Made by a program: the position numbers and the translations under genes. From Setoptus koraiensis (lineage: Eukaryota; Animalia; Arthropoda): a stretch of DNA of 64,000 nucleotides. The DNA is taken from positions 22,134,001 through 22,198,000 of the forward strand of contig CM106586.1 in the NCBI GenBank assembly GCA_048013815.1, read 5' to 3'. Of the stretch, positions 25,673 through 37,908 are shown piece after piece (the first letter of the stretch is position 1; every line of letters begins with the position of its first letter). The notes beneath the pieces were generated by a model that ran no database searches, was not told where the DNA came from, and saw nothing but the letters and a program-made list of their open reading frames with translations.

Positions 25673-25712
25673 GCCAATTGTGGCACAGCGGCGCCGCTGT
25701 GCCACAATTGGC
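25673..25712. repeat. Perfect 40-bp spacerless palindrome
   Basis: GCCAATTGTGGCACAGCGGC|GCCGCTGTGCCACAATTGGC is its own reverse complement. Confidence 0.97.
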
Positions 25713-27337
25713 CGTCTTGTGCCGTGTGTGACATCGCAACTTGTGACATCGCAACTTGTGATTCGCAAGTTGTGTGATGCGCGCAATTTGTATCCGTTTC
25801 ACCGGTTGCCAAAGAAAACAAATTGGCAAGCTAGCGCCAAGACAGTCCAATATCTCAATTGTGGTCGCTGTTGACTGTCAACAGTTGACAACAGAGTCTG
25901 TTGAGCAGACTGCGACGAATGACGCTCATGACAATTGTGACGCTTGTGACGTTTGCAACGGCCGCCGTGAGCATGACGAGCGCTCCTGAGACGGCGGCCA
26001 TTATTGCCACTTGCCACTTGTTCGCGTCTCTTCAGCTGGCCGGCGACAGGTGAAGCGCTGCCCGTCCGCTCAGTTGCCCGAATGTCCGCTCAGCTGCCCG
26101 AATGTGCGCTCAGCTGCCCGAATCAGGTGCCGGCGTGTCCGGATGCTGGCCGGGTCCGTCGACGGTCGGGCATTGTTGTTGTTCGGCCGCTCGAGCGAGC
26201 GTCGGGCCGGCCGCCGGGCGCCCCTCCGAGGATTGTGTGCAAGGTTGCGTCTTTCGCGTGCGCCGCTCAGCCCGAGCGCAACTAACCGGCCCGGCGCTGG
26301 CTGGCAACTGGCGGCTGGCAACTTGTGGCATTGTATTATCCGAGCGTGTTGAGCGTCGGCCTGTTCGCTCAACTTGTTGCCATTGTAATCAATCTTGGCG
26401 CTCATTAAACGCTTGAGATTTCTCGCTCGCTCGCCCGCTCTCTGCGCTCTCTCTGCGCTCTCTCTAGTCTCGCGGCTGTCGGCTGGCGGGCGAGCCGCGA
26501 GTATCGCGTTCTCGTCGGGCTGGCAAAATCTCAAAATCTCAAAATTTCTATCATTTCTATCATTTGTGTCGCTTGTGCGTCGTTTGGCTTGTGCGTTTGC
26601 CACTTTTGCTTGCTTGTTGCGGCCAACCAGCCAACGCTAGCTCGCCGAGCAACAACAATAACAACAACAACGACAACAACAACAACAACAACAACAGCAA
26701 CAACAACAACAACATCAGCAACAACAACGGCGGAGCGAACACAAACAACGAGCGGGTGAGGAGGTGGCAAGTGAGCAAGACAGGTTGCGCTGTCAACAAT
26801 GCTACAACAGCAACAGCAACGACAACAACATGCTGATGTTGGCGCCGAGTGGCGAGTCGTTCGGTGGGTCGCCCCGCGAGTCGTTCTGTGGGTCGCAGCG
26901 GCGCGCCAGAGAAGCTCGCGAAATTTACATTAATCATCCTTCAATCGGCATGCAAATGTTCATCCGCGCCAGCTCAGTGTTGCGCTCAATTTCGGTTTTA
27001 TCTGCGCCGCATTCGCGCTGAGATTGGTCGCTGCGAGTCGGCAGCGAATCTAAATATATCCTCTCTCGCTGGAAATATCCGTGCATGTCTATGTATGAAT
27101 ACAAATGTGAGCTCACTCAATAGAGCGTCTTCTTTTGAGCGTGTTATTGTTACACTTGCCAACATTGGCTCGTTTCTAGTGGCTGCTCGCTGCTGGCAGC
27201 AACTTCTTTTCTGCTGCCGTGTGTGTTCTAAAATAGTTACAGGTGTACCTGTGCAGAGCAGAGCAGAGCAAACTTGTGTCAATGTTTGCAAAAAGTGAGA
27301 TCTGCGTGCTGCTGTCGTAACCGCAATTGTTGAGAAT

Positions 27338-27480
27338 CATGCCCAACAACAACAACAACGACAACAACAACAACAACAACAACAACGACAGCAACAACAA
27401 CAACAACAGCGACAACAACGACAACAACAACAACGACGACGACGGCAGCGACGACGACGGCGATAGCAGCAACAGCCAAC
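27338..27480. repeat. Compound (CAA/CGA/CAG)n trinucleotide tract; similar tracts at ~7556-7630, 23170-23380, 26645-26730, 28445-28520, 39330-39430 and 46755-46842
   Basis: Read directly; they occur on both strands outside recognisable genes. Confidence 0.9.
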
Positions 27481-28480
27481 AACCAAGCAACGACAGCAGC
27501 GACAAACAAGTATCTTTGTATTCAAATTTGCTGCTCGTATGCAGTCATATAACTATATAACTTCACTTACATGTTATATGTGTTATAGTGAGCGCTTGTT
27601 TGTGTTCGTTTACAATCTCTCCGACGCGCACACTGAAAATACTGAAAACACTACTGACAAACGAAAGACGATGAATGAGACAGGTGAGTTAGCGCTATGC
27701 AGCTCAAGGTTAATGCCAGCCAGTGCGGCTGCGGCTGGCACAAAACGCGCAATGATCTGCAATCAGTTTGATGGCCAGGTATCGAGTTGCCATGGTTACT
27801 GTTACGCTGTTGCAAGCGCGCCCTCCCCCTCATGCCAATCTCGACTTATCTAGACACTTTTGCGCCACAACAGCCAAAGATGTGCACGTTGTCTCGGCAC
27901 GTCAAATGGCACAATGGGCCCAACGGGCAACCGCGAGCCAACTTGGCTCAGCCGAATGAGCCGAATGAGCCGAATGAGCCCAATGGGCCAAATGAGCGCC
28001 ACCAACCGGTGAAATGAGCGCCGGCACCGAGTGATTTATCTACTGCGGCATTTATACATTGTACAATATATTCATATATAAATATATATTGTTGGGCTCG
28101 TTATAGGACACAACACACTCGAAAGTTTATTATTTGTCGTTATTTATTTTGTACGTTATTTATGTTTTCAATGTGCAAAACGTGTCGCACAGCGGGCACA
28201 GAACAACAACAGTGCATAGCAATAACAAATAATATGCTGTTGTTATAATGAAATAATTTTTTCTTTTTTAACAATCATTGTAATGCACACACACACACAA
28301 CGATAAAAGTATAAATAGAAAATAGAAATTGAAGACGAACAAGTGTCACTTCCGGTTGCACTAGCACGCTTGGGCGTCATAGGGCAGGTGTTGCGAGTCA
28401 CTCACAGTCAGCAGCGAGTGGCGCGGAATTCCACTGGCGGCTTCTGCTGTTGATGTTGTTGTTGCTGTCGTTGTTGTTGT

Positions 28481-28514
<34 letters not shown>

Positions 28515-30772
28515 GTTGTTGGCAATGTGGTGTAATGTAACGAGTTTGTTTGCTCATGTTCGCTTGTTGTTTGTATACGCACACATCAGCAGACAACATA
28601 TACTCACGGACAGAGTATATACAGAATAATCTATACAGGTATGTATACAGGTATACAGGTATACAGGTATAAGCAATGCAAACAACGACCGGCGATCATG
28701 AATGAATCGCGCCAACGGCAGCCTCTTCGATTGCGCCATAAATATTTGTTTTTATAGTGTCGGCTGTTGGCAGTTGTTAATACAGTACAGCCACTTATGA
28801 CTTATAAGTCGCTTGTACAGCGCCAGTCGGGGGCGACAATGACAGTCAGTGGTCAGCGGCCGCCGACAGCAGCGGCCACAGACAACAACAGCCGCCGAGA
28901 GGCACGACAGGACGTAAAAAGACTTGGCGATGTGTGCAAAGTCATCGATTGGTTCATTCATGAATTTCGTTATTTCGCCATGTCGGTGTGTCCACATGTG
29001 GCTGCACAAATTTCTCTGCGAGCACAACAAACAAACGGCACTCCAACGAGTGAGCGGCAAGACCAATTCACGACAACAAGTGCGCCAACACTTGACCGGC
29101 CCGCCACTTGACCACGAATCTGGTCGCTTGCGCACCAAACTCACATATACGCATCTCTGTATTCACGGCTGGATAGCGCCGTATTCACGGCTGGACATAT
29201 CGCTGCATTGATGGCTGAATTCACGGCTGGACATATCGTGGGGTGCATCGGCGGTGCGGCTGCGATCAAAACAGTTCCGTCGGAACTAGTTAGTTGACTC
29301 GCACAAAATAGTCGATTCGCACCAGAGGGGGCGCCGCTGTTGTTTGCATCTGGTCGCGGCCGACAAGCGGCCAACAAGCGGCCGACGAGCGGCCAACAAG
29401 CGGCCGACGAGCGGCCAACAAGCGGCCACCAAACGGACGGACCGGCAGACACACATGACACGTATTGGCGAAGGTATTTGGTGGTAGCATTATTATCGTT
29501 ACAACAGCCAGCCGTGCGACAGCCAGACGGGCGAGATCACGACTTTTCCATCAGCAGTCACCTTGTTACCTGAGCACGCTGACTGCTGAACTGTGCGGCT
29601 CAACTGCGACTGACCATGCGCTATGGTCAGCCGGTCAGGCCCGCAGCTACTAGGCACGCTCTGGCGGCCGTTGGAGGTGCCAACTTCCGTTACTTTTGGC
29701 CGTCAGTTTGCGCCCAAACATTCGCCGGCCCGGCACTCGCTGGCCCGGCACTCGAAGCCAAATCTCGTCGGGTGACACTCAGGTGACTCAGGTGTGAGCA
29801 CGAGCCTCTCAGAGGGCCGAGTGGGTGGTCACGAGCTGTCGGGGGCGGCTCGCCCGTCTCGGCGGCCCGGCGCGGCAATCGATTGGTCGCGGCTGCGGCT
29901 CGTCGGACCGGGCGCCGCCCGGCCGAGCGGCCCGACGGCGGCTCGACAGGGCCGGCGAAGCCCTAGAACTTGTAGGCTAGAAGAGCGGCAGCAGAAGGGT
30001 GACAGCGTGCGCCGGCAAATATTGTCGGCGTCGGCGACCAGTTCGGACAGCGTCCAACGGACGCGCAGAAGCGGCTCGAGCAGAATCGATTCGCGGGCTG
30101 CTTATCGCACACGTACACGCACACGTACACGCACACACACGCACACACACACGCACACACGTGTCAGGCGGGCAATAATTGAGAGAGGGAGCGGACAAAG
30201 GGAAAAAGTTAAAGGGCTCAACGGCACGAGCACGCCCCTCGTTTCCTCCGGCCGTCGCCGGTTGTCTTGTTGTCGCGGCTTTGCTGACTGTTGGCCGGTC
30301 GTCGGTTGTTGGTCGCTGGTCGGTTGTTGGTCGGTTGTTGGTCGCTGGTCGGTTGTCGGTCGGTTGTTGATTGCATTTGGTCGCCGGCCGCCGCTGTGGT
30401 CGTGGCCGTTGTCGTTGGCTGCTGTTGTTGTCGTCGCCCCAGACGTTGCCGCCGCTGTTGTTGCTGCCGCTGTTGTTGTTGTTGCTGCTGCCGCCGTGGT
30501 TGTTGTTGTTGTGACCATCAATCCATTCAATCATTTCTCATATTCTCTAATTTGATTTTACCTGATTCTCGCTCTCACTCGCTGCTGCTCGTCGTTTGTG
30601 GCGGCGCTCGTCGCACTGCCACCATCGGGTCTACTTATGCCACTACCGACTGCCATTGTCGAATTGGTGTGTGTGTGTGTGCGTTGTTAGTATCGAATCG
30701 ATTCCGCCGACCAGACAGAGACGACGACGGGCCGGCATGCGAGCCACACACACTCACTGACACACGGACGGC

Positions 30773-30778
30773 AGAGAG

Positions 30779-30832
<54 letters not shown>
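30773..30832. repeat. (GA)n microsatellite (GAGA-type tract) with two C interruptions
   Basis: Read directly from the sequence. Confidence 0.95.
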
Positions 30833-30974
30833 GAAATGGCACTGATTGTTGCTGTTGGCTAAATGAAAGAATTATAAATCAGAGGCAAGTAAAGTTATAA
30901 ATCATCGTGCTTGTTGTTAGCGAGTGATTCAAGTTAGTGAATCAACTCACCTGGTAGTCACAACAAACAAACAA

Positions 30975-31196
30975 ATGACCATCATCAGCGTCATCGCAAG
31001 CGTCATGAGCGTCGCGCTCGGCGTCGGCAGCATCATGTCCATCATTCGAATTTCGCAAAGAACATCATCATCGGTGTTCTTTGTATCTCTTTTTGCATTA
31101 TTATCCACTTTACATCTCGCATACGCTCATCATGCCAGCCCAGTACCTTGCTGGCAGCGCACTGGCACGATGAGTACCTGCTCTGCGCCTGTATGA
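30975..31196 (+). CDS. Candidate small secreted or membrane peptide (73 aa, or 53 aa from ATG 31035)
   Basis: CAAA-ATG context, TATAAA at 30873 and 30896, (GA)n tract upstream. Signal-like MSIIRISQRTSSSVFFVSLFALLSTLHLAYA is followed by HHASPVPCWQRTGTMSTCSAPV. No homologue recognised. Confidence 0.3.
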   Translation: MTIISVIASVMSVALGVGSIMSIIRISQRTSSSVFFVSLFALLSTLHLAYAHHASPVPCWQRTGTMSTCSAPV

Positions 31197-31392
31197 GAAG
31201 TATAATCCATTTACATTAGATTATACTTCGTTTCTGCACTCGCTCCGACCGCTCGTTGGGTCCTCGGCGAGCGGCAAAAAAGTGAACTCGTCTCCGGCCG
31301 GCCGCTCGGTCACTCCGGTCGGCCGGCCGGCGTCCAGTCCGTCGGTCCGTCGGTCCGTCGGTCTGCCGGTCCGTCGGTCTGCCGGCCGGCCC

Positions 31393-31589
31393 ATTCACGA
31401 TAGTCACAATATTCACAATATTCACAATATTCACAATATTCACAATATTCACAATATTCACAATATTCACAATGGTCACAATATTCACAATGGTCACAAT
31501 ATCCACGATAGTCACAATATTCACCATGGTCACAATGGTCACAATGGTTGCAATGGTCACAATGGTCGCAGTATTCACAATATTCACGA
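31393..31589. repeat. 9-bp minisatellite (ATTCACAAT / GGTCACAAT), ~22 units
   Basis: Read directly from the sequence. Confidence 0.92.
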
Positions 31590-32907
31590 CAGCCACAAGC
31601 GCCGGTCAAAACAGTCGTCGGTCTCTGGGCGGCTCCGTCGCTGCGGCGGCCCAAAGGTGCGCGCCGTCGAGCGGGCGACCGGGTGGGCGGGAGAGCGGGC
31701 CAGCACGCCGAAGAATCACAACGGAGCCACTCGGGCCGCCCATCAGGTGACACAGACACGCTGTCGGGTTGTGAGGCGCGTCGGGCAACAAAGAAGCGAC
31801 TGACCAACACAATTGACAAGAGCCACGACGAGCAGTCTCGACGGGCCGCCGGTTGTTGGCTCGGCCCGCTCAGGGCCAGACAACAACCGACGGGCACGCA
31901 CAACGACCGCCGCCGCCGGCCTCCGACAACCGCCGACAACAAGTGCTCAACAGGTGACATGCGCTTCAAAGCGAGTCGCCGCCCGCGCTCAATATGGTCG
32001 GTGCGGTCACTGGCTGGTCAGTTGGCGGCGCCGGCCGGCCGGCACCGGACAGTCGGCCAGCACACGACAGGTACACCGGCCAGCGGTCCGCCCCCCGGCT
32101 GCAGCGTGCGAGTCAACGCGTCGATTATCGTCGTTTTTGTTTGTGAACTGGCCAGCCGACAAACTGTCGGGCCGCCACTTTCGGACAGCAAAACGGCCGA
32201 ACAGCGAAGCGGCAACACTGACCACTGGCCACTGGCGCGGTCCGCGAGCAGAACGGCCGGCACACCGCGACGCGCACTTCCATCTGGCGTAGCGATTGGG
32301 AGTAGCGAGTCACTGTTCGGGTCTGCGGGCCGCTCGGGCCGGCCGAGCGGCCCGCGCCGGAGGCGCGCCGAAGCGTTTGGCCGGCACGCGGGCGGCCAAG
32401 CTGGCGGCCACAGGTGAGCAGCGTTACAACGGCCACGCTTGTGTCCGTCGCGGCTCTAAACAATCGAGAGGCGCACGAGAAACGGGTGCGCGTTTTAATC
32501 CGTTCCGTCATTGCGACCAGCGGCACAATCGGCTCGATTGTGCCCATCGCGGCGGTCAGTTGCGACCGTTGCGGCGCCACTGCGGCACAGCGGACAACTG
32601 TGCCGTGACGCTGCGCAGGCAGCGTGCAGCGTTCGGGGGGCCATTCGAGAAATGCGAGTTTTATACTTGCTAGTCGCATATGTGTGAGTGCGTCCGGGGC
32701 GCGCGGTGTCGCGCCCGTCGCTCAAATCAGCGCGTCGATTCAGCGCGTCGATCCAGCGCGTCAATTGTCAACTGTCATAGTTGTCAAGTGGCCCGAGCCG
32801 GCACGGGCTCAAGTGGCCAGCGCGGGCGGCACAGGCGAGCGGCTCACCGGCTGACAGCGGTCATTTGACGGGCGACAGAACGGGGTGTTAATATTAGCGC
32901 GTGCAGT

Positions 32908-32955
32908 ATCATAATCGTGCGCGTGCTAACCAATGTGCACGCGCACGATTATGAT
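32908..32955. repeat. Perfect 19-bp inverted repeat with 10-nt loop
   Basis: ATCATAATCGTGCGCGTGC-taaccaatgt-GCACGCGCACGATTATGAT. Confidence 0.95.
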
Positions 32956-35900
32956 GAGAACGGCGCACTGGGCCGTCATTAGTTTATTTGGTCAGTTTGG
33001 TCAGTTTGGTCAGTTTGGTCAGTTTGAGGTGAGCAGATAACGAGGGCCAGATAAGGCCAGCGACACAGCAATGCGCACAGCCGAGACGCAGATAAGATCG
33101 CCATTGGGATGTGCGCTCAATTTGCGACTGGCAGCCACTTGTTTGCTGTGCCCAAACAGTGCGCGCTGTTTGCTCGGGTGCGCCATTTGTTGCCCCGATT
33201 TGTTTATAGGGCCATTGGTTGTGGGACCGCTCGCTGTGCCCATTATTGTTATTGCTGCGCTCATCAGGTGGTCATCGGTGGCGCGCATCATTATGTTGCT
33301 GGGGTTTTATTTGCATTGTACCATATAGAGTCGTTGTGCAAACAATGTCGCCGCCGCTGCAACCCGCCGTCAGACAACCGCCGGTCAGTGTGTGCATTTG
33401 TGTGCAATCAGCTGACTGGCGGCAGTAACAGGTTGGCGTGCGTGTGTGTGTGCTTCGGTGTGTGTGTGCTTGTGTGTCGCGCTGCGGCCAGATTAAGTGG
33501 ATCAAGTGCGGTCGCCATGACGACAAACTGACCGGTGGCCATATTGTCTTGGCGCGCATCTATAATCCACTGCGGTGTGCAGTGTGCGGCGCAGTTTGTG
33601 CACAGCCAAAACGGTTTGACAGTGTCAGTTAGTCGGCCTGTCACTGCTGTCACTGGTGTCAGTGCTGCCACTGCTGTCACTGCTGTCACTAGCGTCACTG
33701 CTGTCACTAGTGTCACTAGTGTCAACGAGTGCACACAAAGGGTGAGATGGCGCTGCCAGTCTAGACTGGTCTGGCCGTCGCCGTCAAGTGTGCGCGTCAG
33801 TGGCGCGTCCGCATCAGAGCGTGTGTGCCCAGCTGACAAGGCCCGTTCCATTGTTTCCATGGCGACAGCCATGGCTGGCCGTGCAAACACTGCAAACAAG
33901 TGCTTGCTGACCACTGGCCAGTGTGTGTGAGCCGAAGGAGTTGGCCGAATTGGCGTTGTTGTCGGAGTGGCGTTCGCACATTCGGACGTTCGGACGCTCG
34001 GGCGACGGAGCGTTCGAGCGTTCGGACGGCAATTCTCTCGGCGCTGTGTGTGTCGAGCGACCAGCGGACCAGCGGACAAGTGGACGAGCGGACGAGCGGA
34101 CAGCGAGTGAACGGCTGCAACAAGACACACAGATCTCATCGAAAGATAAACTAATCTTGGCGCACCGATCGGCCGCTCTCCGTGCGTCTCGCCGGCGCGC
34201 TCAGCACTCAGTGTGGCCACACAGAATATCTGCTGTTCCCTTGCTCCGGCGATATTCTCCGGCGAGCATATTCCGGTGTTGCAAGTGTTGGCAGCCTTGC
34301 GAGCGTTCGAAGCGTTCGCAGTGTTGCGAGCGTTCGCAGCGTTCGAAGCGTCGGCAGTGTTGCGAGCGTTCGCAGCGTTCCGAGTGTGTGAGCTGGAAAG
34401 AATGTTTGCCACTCAGGCCCGGACAAGCGTTGGCCGGCGTTCTCGCCAGTTGGCCAGCCAGCGAAACAACAGCCCAGGGAACGGCGGCCAACGAGACGGC
34501 CAACAGGACAACAGGCCAACAGGACAACAGGTTGCCGCTTGGCCAGTGACAATTGCCACAATAAACACACATGCAAATGAATGCACTTGTGAGTGCGCTC
34601 GCTTCTCGGCTGCGTTCGTTGTGTTCCACAATTGCATGCCGAATGCCAGCTCGAATTGTCGAACGCAGCGCCAATTCGACAAACATTCGGCGATTCGCAG
34701 CAGCCAGAGAAGCCAAGCGCCGGCCGGCAGCCAAGAGAATGGAAAAGGGCGCCGGGCGAAGAGAACGGCCACCAGATGAAAGAAGAGAACAGAGTGTTGC
34801 ACGGGTCGACAAGCACCTGTTGTCGTTGGCGTCGCTGTTGTTGGTGTCGTTGTTGTTGCTGCTGTCGCTGTTGCTGCTGTTGGCTGGCTGCTTGGGCTCG
34901 CACAATAAACTGTGTGAGCCGATTACAGGTAGCAGTCGATATTGCCAAGTGGACGCCGATATGCGCTGCCAGCCAACGCCGTCGGTGCCAGCCTTGTGTT
35001 TGCGCAACGAATCCGTTGGAGCGTGTCCGGCCAAAGTTTAGTGCTCGATGATATGGACCATTTCCGCTGCCTCCCCGAACAAAAGATAAACAGGCACCCA
35101 GCTCACTCGCCATCGTCACTTGTCGCTCGGTCCGATGGCAAATATCGCCAACATGGCAGATATGGCAGATATCGCAAATATGCCAAGACGCATCGCTCGC
35201 CGGCTAGACATTCAATGTGTGACATTGTGTGCGACCTCGGCCGATTGGGCCGTCATGCCAAACTGACCATATGAGGCCGTACGACTCATATGATATGACT
35301 CATATGACATGACTCATATGACATGCGACCGCATGAAATATCTGGCCAGCGAGCGATATGTGCTGGCGATGTTGAGCCCGTCGGAGGGGCCCCTTGAAAT
35401 TCCAGGCTGGAATAAACCGGATTGAATGCATATCGCACGCATTTATCGGATGGACGTGTCGCGAGCCACAGTGTCTCACAGTATCGGCGCAGTCGGCGCA
35501 TGTAATATAGATGCGAAGCGATATATGAGACAGACTCGTCTTTGCTCTGGCTTCGGCCGGCTGCGGGGGTCAGCTCGCAGTGCATCGGCGCTGCGTCAGT
35601 GCCACCGATTCAGTCGGGTGTGCATGTTGTGCTGCTTCGAACGCTTCGGAGCCACTTCTGGCGCTTCGAAGCACTGCGAGCACTCGCAGCACTGGCGGCA
35701 CTTGGGGCTGTGCGAGCCATTCGAAGCATTTCGAATGGCCACTCGAAGGGCGAGCGGCTCGCAGCCACTAGGAGCCCGGCGATTTATAGAGTCACTCCGG
35801 TGAGCTAGACTGTTAATGAGCGTGTAGGCTGTTGCGAGCTGTTTGTTTGTAAATGGAACTCTGTCAGAGGCGTTGCTAACAGCACAACAACATAACACAA

Positions 35901-37808
35901 CAAACAACAAATTGCCAACGAATTGCCAAATAAGATTATCAAGTTTAATTAATGATATCTGGCAATAATGATCGCCATCTCTGGCCGACTCACAAGTCAG
36001 TGTCGCTGCGCTGTCGGGCTTCGGGCTTCGGGCTTTCGAGCTGTCGGGCGTCGGGCTTTCGAGCTGTCGGGCCTTTCTGGGCTGCGAGGCTTCGGGCCGG
36101 CTGTTGCAGCGGCTGACCGTGAGTCGCCGCCGCCGCCGACTCAGCAGCGCCGACTGTGAGGCCGGCCGCGGCGCCGCCAGGTAAGACTGTCGTCGTTGGA
36201 CGCTGGCTGCACAATTTGTAGTGCAAATTTTGTAGTTGCTCGGTCGCTCCGGTCGGTTGTTGCCGGCGTCGTTGCTGCTGCTGTTGCTGCTGCTGCCGTT
36301 GCTGTTGTTGCTGCTGTTGTTGCTGTTGCTGCTGTTGTTGTTGCTGGCGTTGTTGCCGGCAATGTTGCTGTTGCAGAAACATGAGCCGGGCGGCAGACTG
36401 ACAGGCGGAGGGCAGCAGCGCCAACAGCGCCACTCGCAGCGACCCGAAGCACGTCGAAAAAACAACAAAACTAAATTAATGATCGCGCATAAAATAATTA
36501 ACATTGACAATGATACAAATTAACAACTGGCGCTGCGAACGTGAGCATTCTTGCTGCCCTCGGCTCGCTCCAACTCGGACTGTGGCTGTGGCTGCAAATC
36601 AAGGCTGCCGCTTCTTTGCCAGCGGAGCCCTCCGAAGCGCAAAAAGAACAAGTTTGCCGGCGCGCCAGTTTCTGCAACATTTTCGATTGTGTTGTTGTGT
36701 CGGCCTGTCGCTGTTGTGTTGGCCTGTCGCTGTTGTATCATGTCGCTGTTGAGCGTTGTCGCTGTTAAACGCTGTTGTTGTGGCAGTTGTTGCTGTTGCT
36801 GTTGTCGTTGTTGTTGGTGTCGTTGTTGTGGCGGTTGTTTCGGCGCACACACAAGTCGCTGCAGCGACCGAAGCGCCCGACAAGCGGCAAGCAACACAAC
36901 AGCGACACACAACCGATTCAGAGAGCTCAATGAACGAACAAACACAAACAAACACGACGCTGCTCACTGGTCAAAAAACATCATTACGCAATGCATGACG
37001 ATATGCGCACAACATTCGCAATCGTAATGACCTATAACTGGCCAGTTGTGGCCATAGTGTGCGCCGGTCAGTGTGGTCAGTTTAGTCGTTGTTTACAACA
37101 GAACACGGAGAACAACAGAAACACAACAGAAACACGACACAAACAAACAGCGAAACAAACCGAGCCGAGCAACATAAATCATAAATGGCGGCCGCGCCTA
37201 TGCAAATGGCAAGCTCTAATTTGTGCCGAAATTTGCCCAAAAATACACGCCACAGCGAGTATAAAGCGATACGACTAATTCCCGTTGTGACTCGCACCGC
37301 CGGTCGCTAGAGCCGGCGCTTCTCACGCTCGGAGCTATATGCCCATACATACCCATATACGGCCCACATACGGCCCATATACGGCCCATATACAGCCCAT
37401 ATATACCCATGTGGGGCCCGTATATGTATGAATATGAAACGGGCCACAAACAGTGCGCGCTGGCCCCATTCGAGCGAGTGCACGCCTCAATTTGGGGCTC
37501 GCCAAATTTGTTTGTGTTCGACGGCGAGACCGTGGCCGGCGTCTCGTGTGTGCGTGCCATCGATTAATGTGCCAGCGGGCAATTATTGTCACCCGACCCG
37601 GCTAGAGCGCGCCCGCTCGAGCGCGCCCGCTCGAGCCGGTCCGCTGGAGTGCGGCCGCTGGTCTCCCGTGACGACCGAGCGCCGTGCGCCACTCGAGCCA
37701 CCGTGTCCGGGTGGGTCGCTGTCGGGCCCGCCTGACAGCGACCCAACCTGACACACTGACTGTGACGACCTGTCCATCGTGATCGGTGCGCCCTCGGTCG
37801 CTAATACG

Positions 37809-37908
37809 GGACGATCGGCGGCCACTTCGGGCGATCGGCGGCCGCTTCGGACGATCGGCGGCCACTTCGGGTGATCGGCGGCGAGTTCGGGCGATCGGCG
37901 GCGATTCG
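37809..37908. repeat. 20-bp tandem array GGRCGATCGGCGGCCACTTC x5
   Basis: Read directly from the sequence. Confidence 0.9.

Noticed and set aside
30951-31045. Minus-strand signal-peptide-like exon (MMDMMLPTPSATLMTLAMTLMMVICLFVVTT) ending at a GTGAGT donor
   Set aside because: No convincing downstream exon found, and CAGGTGAG words are common here on both strands. Kept only as an alternative to the plus-strand candidate.
31310-31969. Metallothionein-like (CEY)n/(CDH)n ORF on the minus strand
   Set aside because: It is a direct consequence of a 9-bp minisatellite; flanking translation is not protein-like and no support for expression is visible.
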